The notes under the pieces: model-generated
The model's database searches: none
What the model was told of the DNA's origin: nothing
Seen by the model: the letters and a program-made list of their open reading frames with translations, nothing else
Shown here: positions 1 to 9,617 of the stretch, in pieces
Layout: the number at the start of each line of letters is the position of its first letter
Numbering within the stretch: the stretch's first letter is position 1
Program-made: the position numbers and the translations under genes
DNA from: Armatimonadota bacterium
GTDB taxonomy: Bacteria; Armatimonadota; UBA5829; DSUL01
Length of the DNA stretch: 64,000 nucleotides
Direction of reading: 5' to 3'
Assembly (NCBI GenBank): GCA_039811685.1
Contig: JBDHZC010000005.1
Location: 64,001 to 128,000 of the forward strand

Positions 1-328
1 CGCGGTGTACGAGGCTTTTATCGCGAACAGGGCCGATCATGCGCGCGACACGGTCGTGCGCATTGCGGGAAAGCACTGTGAGACAGACATACTTATCCAG
101 CAAACCAGTATTCAGCGGCCGCAGCCGGGTGATATTCTGGCCGTGCAGGCGACCGGAGCTTACAACTACGCCATGGCCAGCAACTACAACCGCCTCAGAC
201 GGCCGGCGGTTGTTCTGGTAGAGGCAGGTCAGGCGGATGAGATCGTCAGGCGGGAGAGCCTGGAAGACCTTATCTCGCACGACCTCATTCCCGAGCGCTT
301 GCGAAGCAGGGCGCCTGCGTCCGCCTGA
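1..328 (+). CDS. lysA: Diaminopimelate decarboxylase, C-terminal part (5' truncated by window edge)
   Basis: Motifs IAGKHCETD and GDILAVQATGAYNYAMASNYN typical of the LysA C-terminal domain. Confidence 0.9.
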   Translation, partial: AVYEAFIANRADHARDTVVRIAGKHCETDILIQQTSIQRPQPGDILAVQATGAYNYAMASNYNRLRRPAVVLVEAGQADEIVRRESLEDLISHDLIPERLRSRAPASA

Positions 329-387
329 GGCAGCGCTAATTCCCGACGGATTCCTCCGTCAGAGCTGAAGGGACTTTCAGGGCGTCT

Positions 388-1011
388 ATGGACTTCTTTC
401 AGATAGGCATCACGCTGATTGCGGTTATCATCGCAATCACAATTCACGAGTTTGCGCATGCGGCGGCGGCTGTTTCGTGCGGAGACGATACGCCGAAGAA
501 GCAGGGGCGCATCTCCCTCAACCCACTGGACCATTTTGACCCGGTTGGCTTCACGATGATTGTGCTGACCAGTATCTTTGGCTTCGGGATAGGCTGGGGC
601 AAGCCGGTGATGATCGACCCGGCCAACTTCCGCAACCCGCGCTGGGACGATATCAAAGTCGCCGCCTGGGGGCCTCTGTCCAACATTCTGCAAGCCATTG
701 TGTTTTCGGTAGTCTGGCGTTTCTGGGCGCTCAAACTGTCGTATGGCGTACAGACTTTTGTGCTGATGATGGTACTGGTGAATATCGGACTCGCGCTGTT
801 CAACCTTATCCCTCTGCCGCCGCTTGACGGGTCTCATATTCTGGCCGGACTTCTCCCGAGGGAGGCAGCGAGGAAGTACGTGCGGTTTGCGGCACAATAT
901 GGCATGGCGGCTCTGTTGCTGTGCATCATGGTGCCGGTGGGCGGGCACTCTCTGATCTCGTGGGTGATCTCGCCTGCCAGCAGCCGCCTGGTTCATCTAT
1001 TGCTGCGCTGA
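388..1011 (+). CDS. Site-2 protease, M50 family membrane zinc metalloprotease
   Basis: HEFAH (HExxH) and FNLIPLPPLDG motifs, hydrophobic segments. Confidence 0.92.
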   Translation: MDFFQIGITLIAVIIAITIHEFAHAAAAVSCGDDTPKKQGRISLNPLDHFDPVGFTMIVLTSIFGFGIGWGKPVMIDPANFRNPRWDDIKVAAWGPLSNILQAIVFSVVWRFWALKLSYGVQTFVLMMVLVNIGLALFNLIPLPPLDGSHILAGLLPREAARKYVRFAAQYGMAALLLCIMVPVGGHSLISWVISPASSRLVHLLLR

Positions 1012-1047
1012 ACGGGCGGCTTTATTCAGGAAAAGGGAGACATATCA

Positions 1048-2028
1048 GTGCAAAAAAGAATGCTTTCCGGCATGCAGCCAACGGGAATTCTCCATCTGGG
1101 CAACCTGGAGGGCGCTCTGCGCAACTGGGTGCGCCTTCAGGAAGAGTATGATTCCTATTTCTGCATTGTTGACTGGCATTCTTTGACGACGCTGGCCGAG
1201 ACACCGGAGCTGATCAAAAAGCAGACTCTCGATGTGGCTATTGACTGGCTGGCGGCCGGGCTTAACCCGGAGAAATGCACGGTTTTTATCCAGTCGCACG
1301 TTCCCCAGCACGCGGAGCTTCATCTGCTCTTGTCCATGATTACTCCCGTGCCGTGGCTGGAGCGGGTGCCCACCTACAAAGAGAAGAAAGAGAATCTCAA
1401 CATTGAGTCCGCCTCCTACGGCCTGCTGGGCTACCCTGTACTGCAGGCGGCGGACATCATGATTTACAAGGCTGACGTTGTGCCGGTGGGCAAGGATCAG
1501 CTTCCGCACCTGGAGCTGACGCGCGAGATTACGCGACGCTTCAACCACTTGTATGGCGAGGTCTTTCCAGAGTGTGAAGCGCTGTTGACAGAGGCGGCTG
1601 TCGTCCCGGGTACGGACGGGCGCAAGATGAGCAAGTCGTACGATAATGCCATCTATATCCAGGACAGCGCGGAGGAGACAGCGAAGAAGATCAAGACGAT
1701 GTTCACCGATCCGCTGAAGCTGAGGATGGGTGATCCCGGACGACCTGAGGTGTGCCCGGTCTTTGCGCTGCACGAGATTTACAGTCCGAAGGATCAGGTC
1801 GCATGGATTGACGAGCATTGCCGGGCTGGAGATCTCGGGTGCGTTCAGTGCAAGAAGATGCTGACTGAAAACCTGAACGAGAAGCTGCGCCCGCTTCGGG
1901 AGCGCCGTCAGATGTACGCTGATGACCCCGCTCAGATTGAGAAAATCCTGGAAGAGGGCGCGGCCAAGGCCAGAGAAGTCGCGGAAGAGACTATGCGCGA
2001 GGTGCGCAAAGCAATGATGCTGCCGTAG
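1048..2028 (+). CDS. trpS: Tryptophan--tRNA ligase
   Basis: SGMQPTGILHLGN (HIGH-like), VPVGKDQLPHLEL and KMSKS motifs; GTG start. Confidence 0.97.
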   Translation: MQKRMLSGMQPTGILHLGNLEGALRNWVRLQEEYDSYFCIVDWHSLTTLAETPELIKKQTLDVAIDWLAAGLNPEKCTVFIQSHVPQHAELHLLLSMITPVPWLERVPTYKEKKENLNIESASYGLLGYPVLQAADIMIYKADVVPVGKDQLPHLELTREITRRFNHLYGEVFPECEALLTEAAVVPGTDGRKMSKSYDNAIYIQDSAEETAKKIKTMFTDPLKLRMGDPGRPEVCPVFALHEIYSPKDQVAWIDEHCRAGDLGCVQCKKMLTENLNEKLRPLRERRQMYADDPAQIEKILEEGAAKAREVAEETMREVRKAMMLP

Positions 2029-2070
2029 GCTGCAGGGTCACTCCTGCGGTTTCATTGAGGACGTTGCGCG

Positions 2071-3093
2071 ATGATTATCATAATGGAACCCGGCGCCTCC
2101 GCCGAACAGGTTCACGATGTTGAAGAAGAGATCCGGCGCATTGGTCTGCGGCCGTTCCTGAATCCAGGAGTTGAGCGCAAGGTCATAGCCGTGCTGGGAG
2201 AAGTGGACGTCACCAAGGCGGCGCTTGTCGGACACTTCTCCATGTATGCGGGTGTCGCGCGCGTGGAGCTGATTTCAGACCTCTGGAAGCTGTGTTCCCG
2301 CGGATATCACCCTGAGAACAGCATTGTCCAGGTTGGTGACGTGGCTTTTGGCGCGGAAAAGATCGTTGTTATCGCCGGCCCGTGCAGCGTGGAAAGCCGG
2401 GAGCAGACCCTGGAGATCGCCGAGCAGGTAAAGGAGATGGGAGCTTCACTTCTGCGCGGAGGAGCGTTCAAGCCGCGCTCCTCGCCCTACAGTTTTCAGG
2501 GGCTGGGGGAGCAGGGGCTGAAGTTTCTGGCCGAAGCGCGCGAGCGCACCGGTCTTCCGGTCGTGACTGAAGTGATGGACACCCACGAGATCGTGCTGGT
2601 AGCTGAATATGCCGATGTGCTGCAGATTGGCGCGCGCAACATGCAGAACTACTCGCTTCTTAAAGCGGTCGGGCATTCCGGGCGTGCCGTCTTGCTTAAG
2701 CGTGGGATGGGCTCGCGCGTAAAAGACCTGCTGATGTCGGCGGAGTACATCCTCAGCGAAGGCAATCCGGACGTGATCCTGTGTGAGAGGGGCATCACGA
2801 CTTTCGAAGATTCCACCCGCAACACCACGGACATAAACGCCATCCCCGTTCTCAAGCACTGGACGCATCTGCCGGTTGTACTGGACCCGAGTCACTCCAC
2901 AGGTGTGTGGCGCTATGTCGCGCCTGTCGCCTGCGCCGGAGTGGCCTGTGGCGCGGATGGCATAATTGTGGAAGTCCACAACGACCCGCAGCGGGCGATG
3001 AGCGACGGGATGCAGTCGCTGAAGTACGACAACTTCAAATCACTGATGTCTCAGGTGGGGCGCATTGCAGAGGCAGTCGGGCGCACGAGTTAG
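2071..3093 (+). CDS. aroF: DAHP synthase type I-beta with N-terminal regulatory domain
   Basis: [33 protein letters not shown] and DPSHS motifs. Confidence 0.95.
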   Translation: MIIIMEPGASAEQVHDVEEEIRRIGLRPFLNPGVERKVIAVLGEVDVTKAALVGHFSMYAGVARVELISDLWKLCSRGYHPENSIVQVGDVAFGAEKIVVIAGPCSVESREQTLEIAEQVKEMGASLLRGGAFKPRSSPYSFQGLGEQGLKFLAEARERTGLPVVTEVMDTHEIVLVAEYADVLQIGARNMQNYSLLKAVGHSGRAVLLKRGMGSRVKDLLMSAEYILSEGNPDVILCERGITTFEDSTRNTTDINAIPVLKHWTHLPVVLDPSHSTGVWRYVAPVACAGVACGADGIIVEVHNDPQRAMSDGMQSLKYDNFKSLMSQVGRIAEAVGRTS

Positions 3094-3131
3094 GATCTCA
3101 CGGCATCTCCCTGCCGCTCGGCTGATAGCTT

Positions 3132-3545
3132 CTAGCCGGTCCTTTCGTTGATAAGCACAAATGTTGCGCTAGCCTCAGCAACAGTCTTGCCTGTGGAGTC
3201 GCTCAAGCGGCTACCGCAGAGAAAAGTGCGACCGCGGCGTTTCTCCACCCAGCCTTCCACACACAGCTTCTCTCCGGTTACAGCCGGCGCCCGGAAGCGC
3301 GTTTCCATCCGGCCGGCAATCACAGCCAGCCCCTGATCCCACAGCACCCACGCCATCGCTTCGTCCATCACCGTTGACAGGATGCCGCCATGCGTGATTC
3401 CCGCATAGCTTTCGTGCTGAGGGCCCGGAGTGAACTCGGCGCGGTTAGTGTCTCCATCGCGCTCAAAGTGCAGCTTCAGACTGATCGGGTTGTGTCTTCC
3501 GCATCCGAAGCAGTTCTGATTGTCCGTCAGTGTCAATGTGCTCAC
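3132..3545 (-). CDS. PaaI-family hot-dog thioesterase
   Basis: CFGCG and HGGILSTVMDE motifs. Confidence 0.88.
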   Translation of the reverse strand: MSTLTLTDNQNCFGCGRHNPISLKLHFERDGDTNRAEFTPGPQHESYAGITHGGILSTVMDEAMAWVLWDQGLAVIAGRMETRFRAPAVTGEKLCVEGWVEKRRGRTFLCGSRLSDSTGKTVAEASATFVLINERTG

Positions 3546-3572
3546 GGCTTCATTATAGCGCTTCGGCAGGCC

Positions 3573-3608
3573 AAAAAGAAAAGGGGCAACGCAGGCGCGC
3601 TACCCCTC
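3573..3608 (-). terminator. Intrinsic terminator downstream of pnp
   Basis: Minus strand AGGGGTAGCGC-GCCT-GCGTTGCCCCT followed by TTTCTTTTT. Confidence 0.75.
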
Positions 3609-3633
3609 CAACAACGTCCACTCGTGGTTTCTC

Positions 3634-6054
3634 TCAGGAAGCTTTTGGCCGGAATCTCGCCTGCGGCGCTCGCGGCTCGTTGTCCGCCAGTCCGCTCGGG
3701 CGATCCACCCTCGTGGAGGTCTGGGTGTGATCCGGGCGTGAAGGCCGCGACGGCCTGTCCGGCTTGTGTCCCCGGTCGCTGCGCTCCCGGCCGCCTCTGT
3801 CGCCCCGCTCGCGGTCATTGCCGCGGTGATCTTCACCACGTCCGCCACTGCGCCCACCGCGTCCACCGCGGTCGCCGCCCCGGTCACGTCCACCTCTGTC
3901 TCCCCGGTCGCCGCGCTCCTCGCGTCTGTCAGAGGGAGGCGCTGCGTTCGGGTTAATAACCAGAGGCTCAGCCAGGCCTTCGGCAATCAGGCTCCGGCGC
4001 TCCAGATTGATGCGCCCCATATCGTCAATCTCAGCGATGCGCACCATCACCTCGTCCCCGACATTGAGAGCGTCTTCCGTGCGTCCGATGCGGTGATCGG
4101 ACATCTCCTGAATCCGAAGCAGACCGTCCTTACCGCCAGCCAGTTCGATGAAAGCGCCGAAGTTTGTCGTGCGTACGACTGTTCCGGTGAAGGTTTCCCC
4201 GACGGAAAGCTCCCGCGTCATATCTTCGACAATCTTCGCGGCCCGTTCGCCTCCTGCGGCGTCCGTGGAGGTGATAAACACCCGCCCGTCCTGCTCGATA
4301 GCCAGTTTCGCGCCCGTGTCCGCCTCTATCTTCTTGATATTGCGTCCTCCCGGGCCGATGACCTCGCCAATCTTCTCAGGATTGATCTGCACTACCAGGG
4401 CGCGCGGGGCATACTGGCTCATCTCTTCGCGCGGTGCAGGCAAGGCGCTCTGAATCGAATCCAGCACAGTCTGGCGCGCCGTGTCGGCCTTCTGGATGGT
4501 CTCGGCGACCTGCTGCATGCTCAGCCCGCGAATCTTGGTATCGAGCTGAATGGCGGTCACGCCGTCGCGAGTCCCGGCTACCTTGAAGTCCATATCGCCG
4601 GAGAAGTCTTCCATCCCCTGAATGTCCGTGAGAATCTTATACCGGTCCCCATCCGTCATCAGGCCCATGGCGATTCCGCCGACCGGTTTCTTGATGGGTA
4701 CGCCGGCGTCCATAAGCGCCAGCGTGGAGGCGCACGTGCTGGCCATAGAGGTGGAGCCATTGGACTCCAGCACCTCGCTTGTCAGCAGAATGCTGTAAGG
4801 AAAAGTCTCCTCATCCGGGATCATCGGGCGCAGAGCCTTCTCCGCCAGCGCGCCGTGGCCGATCTCGCGGCGGCCGGGTCCGCGCATTGGACGCACCTCT
4901 CCCACGGAGTAGGGCGGGAAGTTGTAGTAGTGCATGTAGCGCTTGGTTGTGTCCTCTTCGATGCCGTCCACGATCTGTGCGTCATCTACCGAGCCAAGCA
5001 CCAGCGCTGTCAACACCTGCGTCTGTCCGCGCGTGAACAGGCCTGATCCGTGCACTCTGGGCAACAGACCGACTTCGGAACTCAGTGCGCGGATAGTGTC
5101 CGCGTCTCTTCCATCCGGACGCTTGTTTTCGTCCAGAATCAGACGGCGCACTTCCTTCTTGATAACTTTGTCCGCTGCCGCGCCGACATCCGCCGATCGC
5201 TCCGGATAGGCGTCCGCCAGCCGTTCAACTATGCTCTTCTTCAGATCATCCAGCGCGCTTTCACGCGCCGCCTTATCCGGATCTACCAGCGCGCTCGAAA
5301 TCTCGCTGAGAAAGTCCTTCTTGATGCGATCCATAATCTCAGGATCCGGCAGTGAGAGAATTGGCTCCGCCTTGGCGACGCCAAGCTTCCTGGCCAGCTC
5401 ATCCTGAGCGTCGCACAGCATGATAATGTTGTCGTGCGCAAGCTGAATCGCTGCCACCACGTCTTCGTTGGACGCCTCCGAAGCCTCAGCCTCCAGCATG
5501 TTGACAGTATCACGCGTGCCGGCGGCGATGATCTCCATGTCCGCCTGGGTCATCTCTTCAAAGCTCGGATTGACGATGAGCTCTCCGTCCTTGCGGATCA
5601 CGCGCACGCAGGCGACTGGGCCATCAAAGGGAATGTCCGAGACCGCCAGCGCAAAGGCCGCCGCGTTCACAGCCAGCACGTCCGGCGCTGTACTCAGGTC
5701 AACCGACAGCGGCATAGCCACGACCTGCACGTCGTTGCGCATACCGTCCGGAAACAGCGGGCGCAGCGGGCGGTCAATCAGCCTTGAAGTGAGAATCGCC
5801 TTTTCCGACGGCCGGCCGCCTCTTTTGACAAATCCGCCAGGAATCTTACCAACAGCGTACTTGCGCTCTTCGTAATCGCAAGTGAGGGGGAAGAAGTCCA
5901 TGCCCTCCCGGGCTTGTCTGGACATGGTGGCTGTGGCGAGAATAACCGTGTCGCCACAGTAGAGGAGGACAGAGCCGTTCGCCTGTTTGGCAACGCGCCC
6001 TGCCTCGATCCGGAGCTGCTTGCCTCCCAGCTCCAGAGAAACAGTATTATCCAT
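3634..6054 (-). CDS. pnp: Polyribonucleotide nucleotidyltransferase (PNPase) with long RG/RD-rich C-terminal tail
   Basis: SRLIDRPLRPLF, RREIGHGALAEKAL, GDMDFKVAGT, KH and S1 domains; follows rpsO. Confidence 0.98.
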   Translation of the reverse strand: MDNTVSLELGGKQLRIEAGRVAKQANGSVLLYCGDTVILATATMSRQAREGMDFFPLTCDYEERKYAVGKIPGGFVKRGGRPSEKAILTSRLIDRPLRPLFPDGMRNDVQVVAMPLSVDLSTAPDVLAVNAAAFALAVSDIPFDGPVACVRVIRKDGELIVNPSFEEMTQADMEIIAAGTRDTVNMLEAEASEASNEDVVAAIQLAHDNIIMLCDAQDELARKLGVAKAEPILSLPDPEIMDRIKKDFLSEISSALVDPDKAARESALDDLKKSIVERLADAYPERSADVGAAADKVIKKEVRRLILDENKRPDGRDADTIRALSSEVGLLPRVHGSGLFTRGQTQVLTALVLGSVDDAQIVDGIEEDTTKRYMHYYNFPPYSVGEVRPMRGPGRREIGHGALAEKALRPMIPDEETFPYSILLTSEVLESNGSTSMASTCASTLALMDAGVPIKKPVGGIAMGLMTDGDRYKILTDIQGMEDFSGDMDFKVAGTRDGVTAIQLDTKIRGLSMQQVAETIQKADTARQTVLDSIQSALPAPREEMSQYAPRALVVQINPEKIGEVIGPGGRNIKKIEADTGAKLAIEQDGRVFITSTDAAGGERAAKIVEDMTRELSVGETFTGTVVRTTNFGAFIELAGGKDGLLRIQEMSDHRIGRTEDALNVGDEVMVRIAEIDDMGRINLERRSLIAEGLAEPLVINPNAAPPSDRREERGDRGDRGGRDRGGDRGGRGGRSGGRGEDHRGNDRERGDRGGRERSDRGHKPDRPSRPSRPDHTQTSTRVDRPSGLADNEPRAPQARFRPKAS

Positions 6055-6071
6055 GTGTAAGGTTTACACTC

Positions 6072-6341
6072 CTATCTGCGCAGGCCGAGTTTGCTGATGA
6101 GGGAACGGTAACGCTCAATATCTTTCTTGCTGAGGTAATTAAGCAAGCGGCGGCGTTTTCCGACCATCATCAACAGGCCTCTGCGGGAGTGGTGATCCTT
6201 CTTGTGCCCCTTGAGGTGCTCTGTAAGCTCGGAAATGCGGGCTGAGAGCAGGGCAACCTGAACTTCAGGCGAGCCTGTGTCAGCCTCGTGGGTCTTGTGC
6301 TCGCCGATAATCTCTGCTTTTCGCTCTTGCAAAAGCGACAT
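6072..6341 (-). CDS. rpsO: 30S ribosomal protein S15 (89 aa from ATG at 6341)
   Basis: [13 protein letters not shown] and [12 protein letters not shown] motifs; AGGAGG upstream; rpsO-pnp synteny. Confidence 0.98.
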   Translation of the reverse strand: MSLLQERKAEIIGEHKTHEADTGSPEVQVALLSARISELTEHLKGHKKDHHSRRGLLMMVGKRRRLLNYLSKKDIERYRSLISKLGLRR

Positions 6342-6442
6342 GTATCGCCTGTTCCTCCTGCGCAAAGTCTGAGGACTGCGCATAACAACGCCGGTCCGCA
6401 GACCGGCTCTTTCAATAATCTCCACGTATGTGAGTCGGCAAC

Positions 6443-6471
6443 AGTTTACCATTCCACTAAACCACTGTCAA
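6443..6471 (-). promoter_or_regulatory. sigma70-type promoter of rpsO-pnp
   Basis: Minus strand TTGACA-17 nt-TAAACT. Confidence 0.75.
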
Positions 6472-6582
6472 CGCGCACGCCCGCATGTTGCTGTGCAGTG
6501 CGACTGCATCCCTGACACGTAGCGATCCTGTCCGCCTGTTCGTCCTGCAGAAGTGTAACTCTCCCGGCTTTCGCAGTCTGAG

Positions 6583-6611
6583 TTGACACGGGCACGCATC
6601 AGGCGTAGTCT
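6583..6611 (+). promoter_or_regulatory. sigma70-type promoter at the head of the cassette array
   Basis: TTGACA-17 nt-TAGTCT, divergent from the rpsO promoter. Confidence 0.6.
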
Positions 6612-6768
6612 TGCAGTTACTGTTCGTCCGGGAGGAAAGCTGTCCTGCTGGTGAGCCGAGTCTTGCGGGCGCGGAGTTTTGCCAGTTCTCCTTCGCCTGC
6701 AGATGCCCAAAGGAGGGCCCGCAGACATGAAACTATCAGCCTGTCCCATGAGGCGGGGGAAGTCCTCG

Positions 6769-7674
6769 ATGAAAAAACACTTAGTCACGCTTATGTTGGC
6801 TATGGCCCTTGCCGTTTCCTTCGCAGGCGCTGCGCCTGTGTTCGCGGCAGATAAGACCGTTGAGACTACGTCTAGCCCAGCGCCGGACGCCCTTGAGCTG
6901 CGAACGGCGTCGGACGCGGACGTGGTGACGATGCTCTCGGATGAACGCGCGATGTACCGCGCCTTTTTTGCGACGGAAGCCGGCGGTCGCGGCTTGACCG
7001 CGGCAAAGCCCCGGTTGAAGCATCTACTCTCAGACCCGGACGAGTTGGTCCGGGTGGAGGCTGCGGGAGCTCTGCTGCGGCTTACTGAGCGCTCCGGTGT
7101 CCCCGTGCTCCGGGCGGCCCTGTCCAACGAGGCGAGCAGGAGCAGACTGACTGCGGCCCGGTACCTGTCTCTAGTCGCAGACAAGCAGGCCGTGGCTGTT
7201 CTGCAGAACTATCTCACGAGCAAGTTATCTTTTGAGCGAGACACCGCCGTGCACGCCCTTGCAGCTCTGAAGGATGACTCGATCGCCTATGCCGCGCTGG
7301 TGGCCGGGTTGCAGGATGAAAACGATCTGGTACGCCAATCGGCCATTTATCTGCTGGGTGGACGCACGGGCGAACGCTCCACCCGGATGCTGCGTGAGAT
7401 CCTCCAAACAAGTCAGGTCCAGATGGAAAGAGGGATGGCAATCTCGTCGTTGGAGCGGCTCGGCACTCCTGCCGTGGTACTATCCATCATAGACGCTCTG
7501 GCGGACGAAAGTCCGGTCGTTAGTGTGGCAGCGCGAAGAGCTCTGCTGAAGCTGACAAGGCGTATCGGTGCGCCGGAGGGGGTCGGGCTGGCGCAGGCCG
7601 AGGATTGGCGCGCCTGGTGGGCGCAACACAGGCAGGAGTATAAGGAACACGGCCTGCCAGGGGCGGGAGGCTGA
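6769..7674 (+). CDS. Exported HEAT/PBS-lyase repeat protein (array gene 1)
   Basis: Signal peptide MKKHLVTLMLAMALAVSFAGA; HEAT motifs such as LSDPDELVRVEAAGALL; C-terminal WRAWWAQH. Confidence 0.85.
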   Translation: MKKHLVTLMLAMALAVSFAGAAPVFAADKTVETTSSPAPDALELRTASDADVVTMLSDERAMYRAFFATEAGGRGLTAAKPRLKHLLSDPDELVRVEAAGALLRLTERSGVPVLRAALSNEASRSRLTAARYLSLVADKQAVAVLQNYLTSKLSFERDTAVHALAALKDDSIAYAALVAGLQDENDLVRQSAIYLLGGRTGERSTRMLREILQTSQVQMERGMAISSLERLGTPAVVLSIIDALADESPVVSVAARRALLKLTRRIGAPEGVGLAQAEDWRAWWAQHRQEYKEHGLPGAGG

Positions 7675-7835
7675 AGAACCCCCAGCGTCCGGCGGAATGA
7701 CCATTTCATGAACAGCGCAGGCTACCATAGCAGCTTCTAGTTCGCGGCGTCACGTGGAGATGAAGGAATCTACGGCCCGGCGGGTCTATTCAGTTGGGCA
7801 GCGAACGGAAGTTGCCTGTGCCGGAAGCTTTCAGG

Positions 7836-7946
7836 GCCGATTGGGAGCAGTGGTGGGCCGAGAACCAGAGCCAGTTCCCGCCTGGCGCCAAGATCAAAGC
7901 TAAAGCTGCGGCCTTCGAACCAGCCGAACCCGCAACGGAGTGGTAG
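7836..7946 (+). repeat. Orphan copy of the 3' tail of the HEAT gene at 14301-15221
   Basis: Encodes DWEQWWAENQSQFPPGAKIKAK, matching the end of that gene. Confidence 0.85.
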
Positions 7947-8046
7947 CGGTGGAACAGCGCTTCATCCGCGCAGAGGAGCGCATCTGCGCATGGACTTGGC
8001 GAATCTTTCACCCACTGGCTCCAGGTGGGGATACCTGGAGAGATGT
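7944..8046. repeat. Structured 103-bp intergenic repeat, copy R1
   Basis: TAGCGGNGGAACAGCGCTTCATCC...CTCCAGGTGGGGA(C/T)ACCTGGAGAGATGT; seven copies, three hairpins. Confidence 0.95.
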
Positions 8047-8191
8047 GATGCAAGACGATGCCTTGAGTGGGTTCTTTACGCCGACGGGTCAGTCCGGCTA
8101 CTACCTCTACAAGAAGCAGTCGCCCAGCGACGTGCGGCTGGAAGGAAGAGAAGTTCCGTACCCGTAGCGCCTATCGGCGAAAGAGGATGAA

Positions 8192-9184
8192 ATGTTTCGA
8201 CAGTTGATCTGGTTTGTCACAGCAGCGCTCCCTTTGCTCGCACTTGTGCTCGCCGCGGCCGCGTGCGGTGCAAGCGATATTCCGGTCGCTGTGCCCGCCC
8301 CCGGAGAGCCGCCTGTTCTGTTCGCTGCCGAGTCAGCAGGTGTGCTCTACACGGCAACTCTGGAGGCGGACAAGCGCGTTGCGGTCATCGCCGCCCTGCC
8401 GCTTGATCGAGTTGCGGAAAAACGGACTTACACAGTGCCGGTACCCGCTCTCGAATACGAAAGTTTCCAGCGGCTCCGCTGGAGACTGGGCAGCGGATAC
8501 GCGTGGCTGCTGCCAACGGTGCTGACGAATGGTGGCTTACGCCGCTACCCGATGTATCGCATTCCGCGCAGCGAACTCGACAAACTCCTCCACGGCAGTA
8601 ACGAAGCCAGCGGAAGCGGCTTGAAAGACATGTGGTTTCCGCCGGGCTTTGCGCCACTCACACGCGCGGACGATGAATCCGGGGTGAAAGGGCAGCCGAT
8701 CTACGGAGACTTCTACCCTATCTCTACATCAGCTATCCGGCAGTTCATTTTGCAGGGCAGCGTACTGAGCGTCTGGGACTACATCGGAAACCCAGACGCC
8801 AAGCGGCCTGGGGGAAGTGACAGAGACCTCACTCCCGTGGCTGACCGAGAGCGGTACTTCAACTGGGTCCGCGTGGTGAAGCTGAAGGCGCCTTTTACGG
8901 AGTCCTTCCACGCGTTTCCTCAGAAGGGCGGGTTCCTGCTGGTTACGGACTCCGGCGCGCTCTACTCCATCACGGGCATCAGCACCGGTACTCCAGCGAT
9001 ACGCAGGGTGGATCTGGGCGACGAGCAGATCAGGGTTATCGTGCAGACGGAGGGTGGATCGGCCATTGCGGCGACGCAGACGAAGCGCCTCGATCTGTCC
9101 TCGGCGCCGAAGCTGTCGCCGCTTTCGCATCCGCACAGCTCACCGACGGCTGCGGCCCTTGAGCTGGCCAAAGCGCTGAAGTAG
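8192..9184 (+). CDS. Putative lipoprotein of unknown function, family X copy 1
   Basis: AGAGGA RBS; lipobox-like VLAAAAC; near-identical to 13020-14012; ends LAKALK. Confidence 0.85.
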   Translation: MFRQLIWFVTAALPLLALVLAAAACGASDIPVAVPAPGEPPVLFAAESAGVLYTATLEADKRVAVIAALPLDRVAEKRTYTVPVPALEYESFQRLRWRLGSGYAWLLPTVLTNGGLRRYPMYRIPRSELDKLLHGSNEASGSGLKDMWFPPGFAPLTRADDESGVKGQPIYGDFYPISTSAIRQFILQGSVLSVWDYIGNPDAKRPGGSDRDLTPVADRERYFNWVRVVKLKAPFTESFHAFPQKGGFLLVTDSGALYSITGISTGTPAIRRVDLGDEQIRVIVQTEGGSAIAATQTKRLDLSSAPKLSPLSHPHSSPTAAALELAKALK

Positions 9185-9414
9185 TAGCGGGGTCGGCCGC
9201 GCTCAGTGAAGGAAGTCAGCCATCGCGGAGTCAAAGAATGGAGAAACAAGTAGCTCAGGCGCAGCAAACCGTTCTGACTCTTGAAGCTGCGACAGCTACC
9301 TGCGCCGATTGGAAGCAGTGGTGGGCCGAGAACCAGAGCCAGTTTCAGTCCGGCACCAGGAGCAAAGCTGAAGCTGCGGCCTTCGAACCAGCCGAACCCG
9401 CAACGGAGCAGTAG
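9185..9414 (+). repeat. Linker repeat: ~80-bp spacer plus degenerate HEAT-gene 3' tail
   Basis: Similar to 12539-12774 and 16382-16611; tail matches 15070-15221 with a frameshift. Confidence 0.85.
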
Positions 9415-9514
9415 CGGAGGAACAGCGCTTCATCCGCGCAGGTGTCCTCACCTGCGCATAGAATTGGCGAATCTTTCACCCACTGGCTCCAGGTGGGGAC
9501 ATCTGGAGAGATGT
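9412..9514. repeat. Structured 103-bp repeat, copy R2
   Basis: Ungapped match to R1; hairpin-1 variant GCGCAGGTG-TCCT-CACCTGCGC. Confidence 0.95.
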
Positions 9515-9617
9515 AAATGGGGGCCCTTCTGCCAGACTGGGACGATGATGATCCCAATCTGAACGGGGCGGAGAACGAGGACCTGGACCAGGTGACACGC
9601 GTCGAATGAGGAGACCA

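Noticed and set aside
3766..5046. Long antisense ORFs (also 54320-55798, 20239-21204, 11540-12580, 45220-46191)
   Set aside because: Shadow ORFs opposite well-supported genes, as expected in high-GC DNA
7940..8167. Repeat as a conserved coding junction like Rhs DPxG or CDI VENN (ORF VEQRFIRAEERICA...WRDV)
   Set aside because: R2-R4 have TAG in that frame, downstream stubs use different frames, and substitutions track base pairing rather than codons
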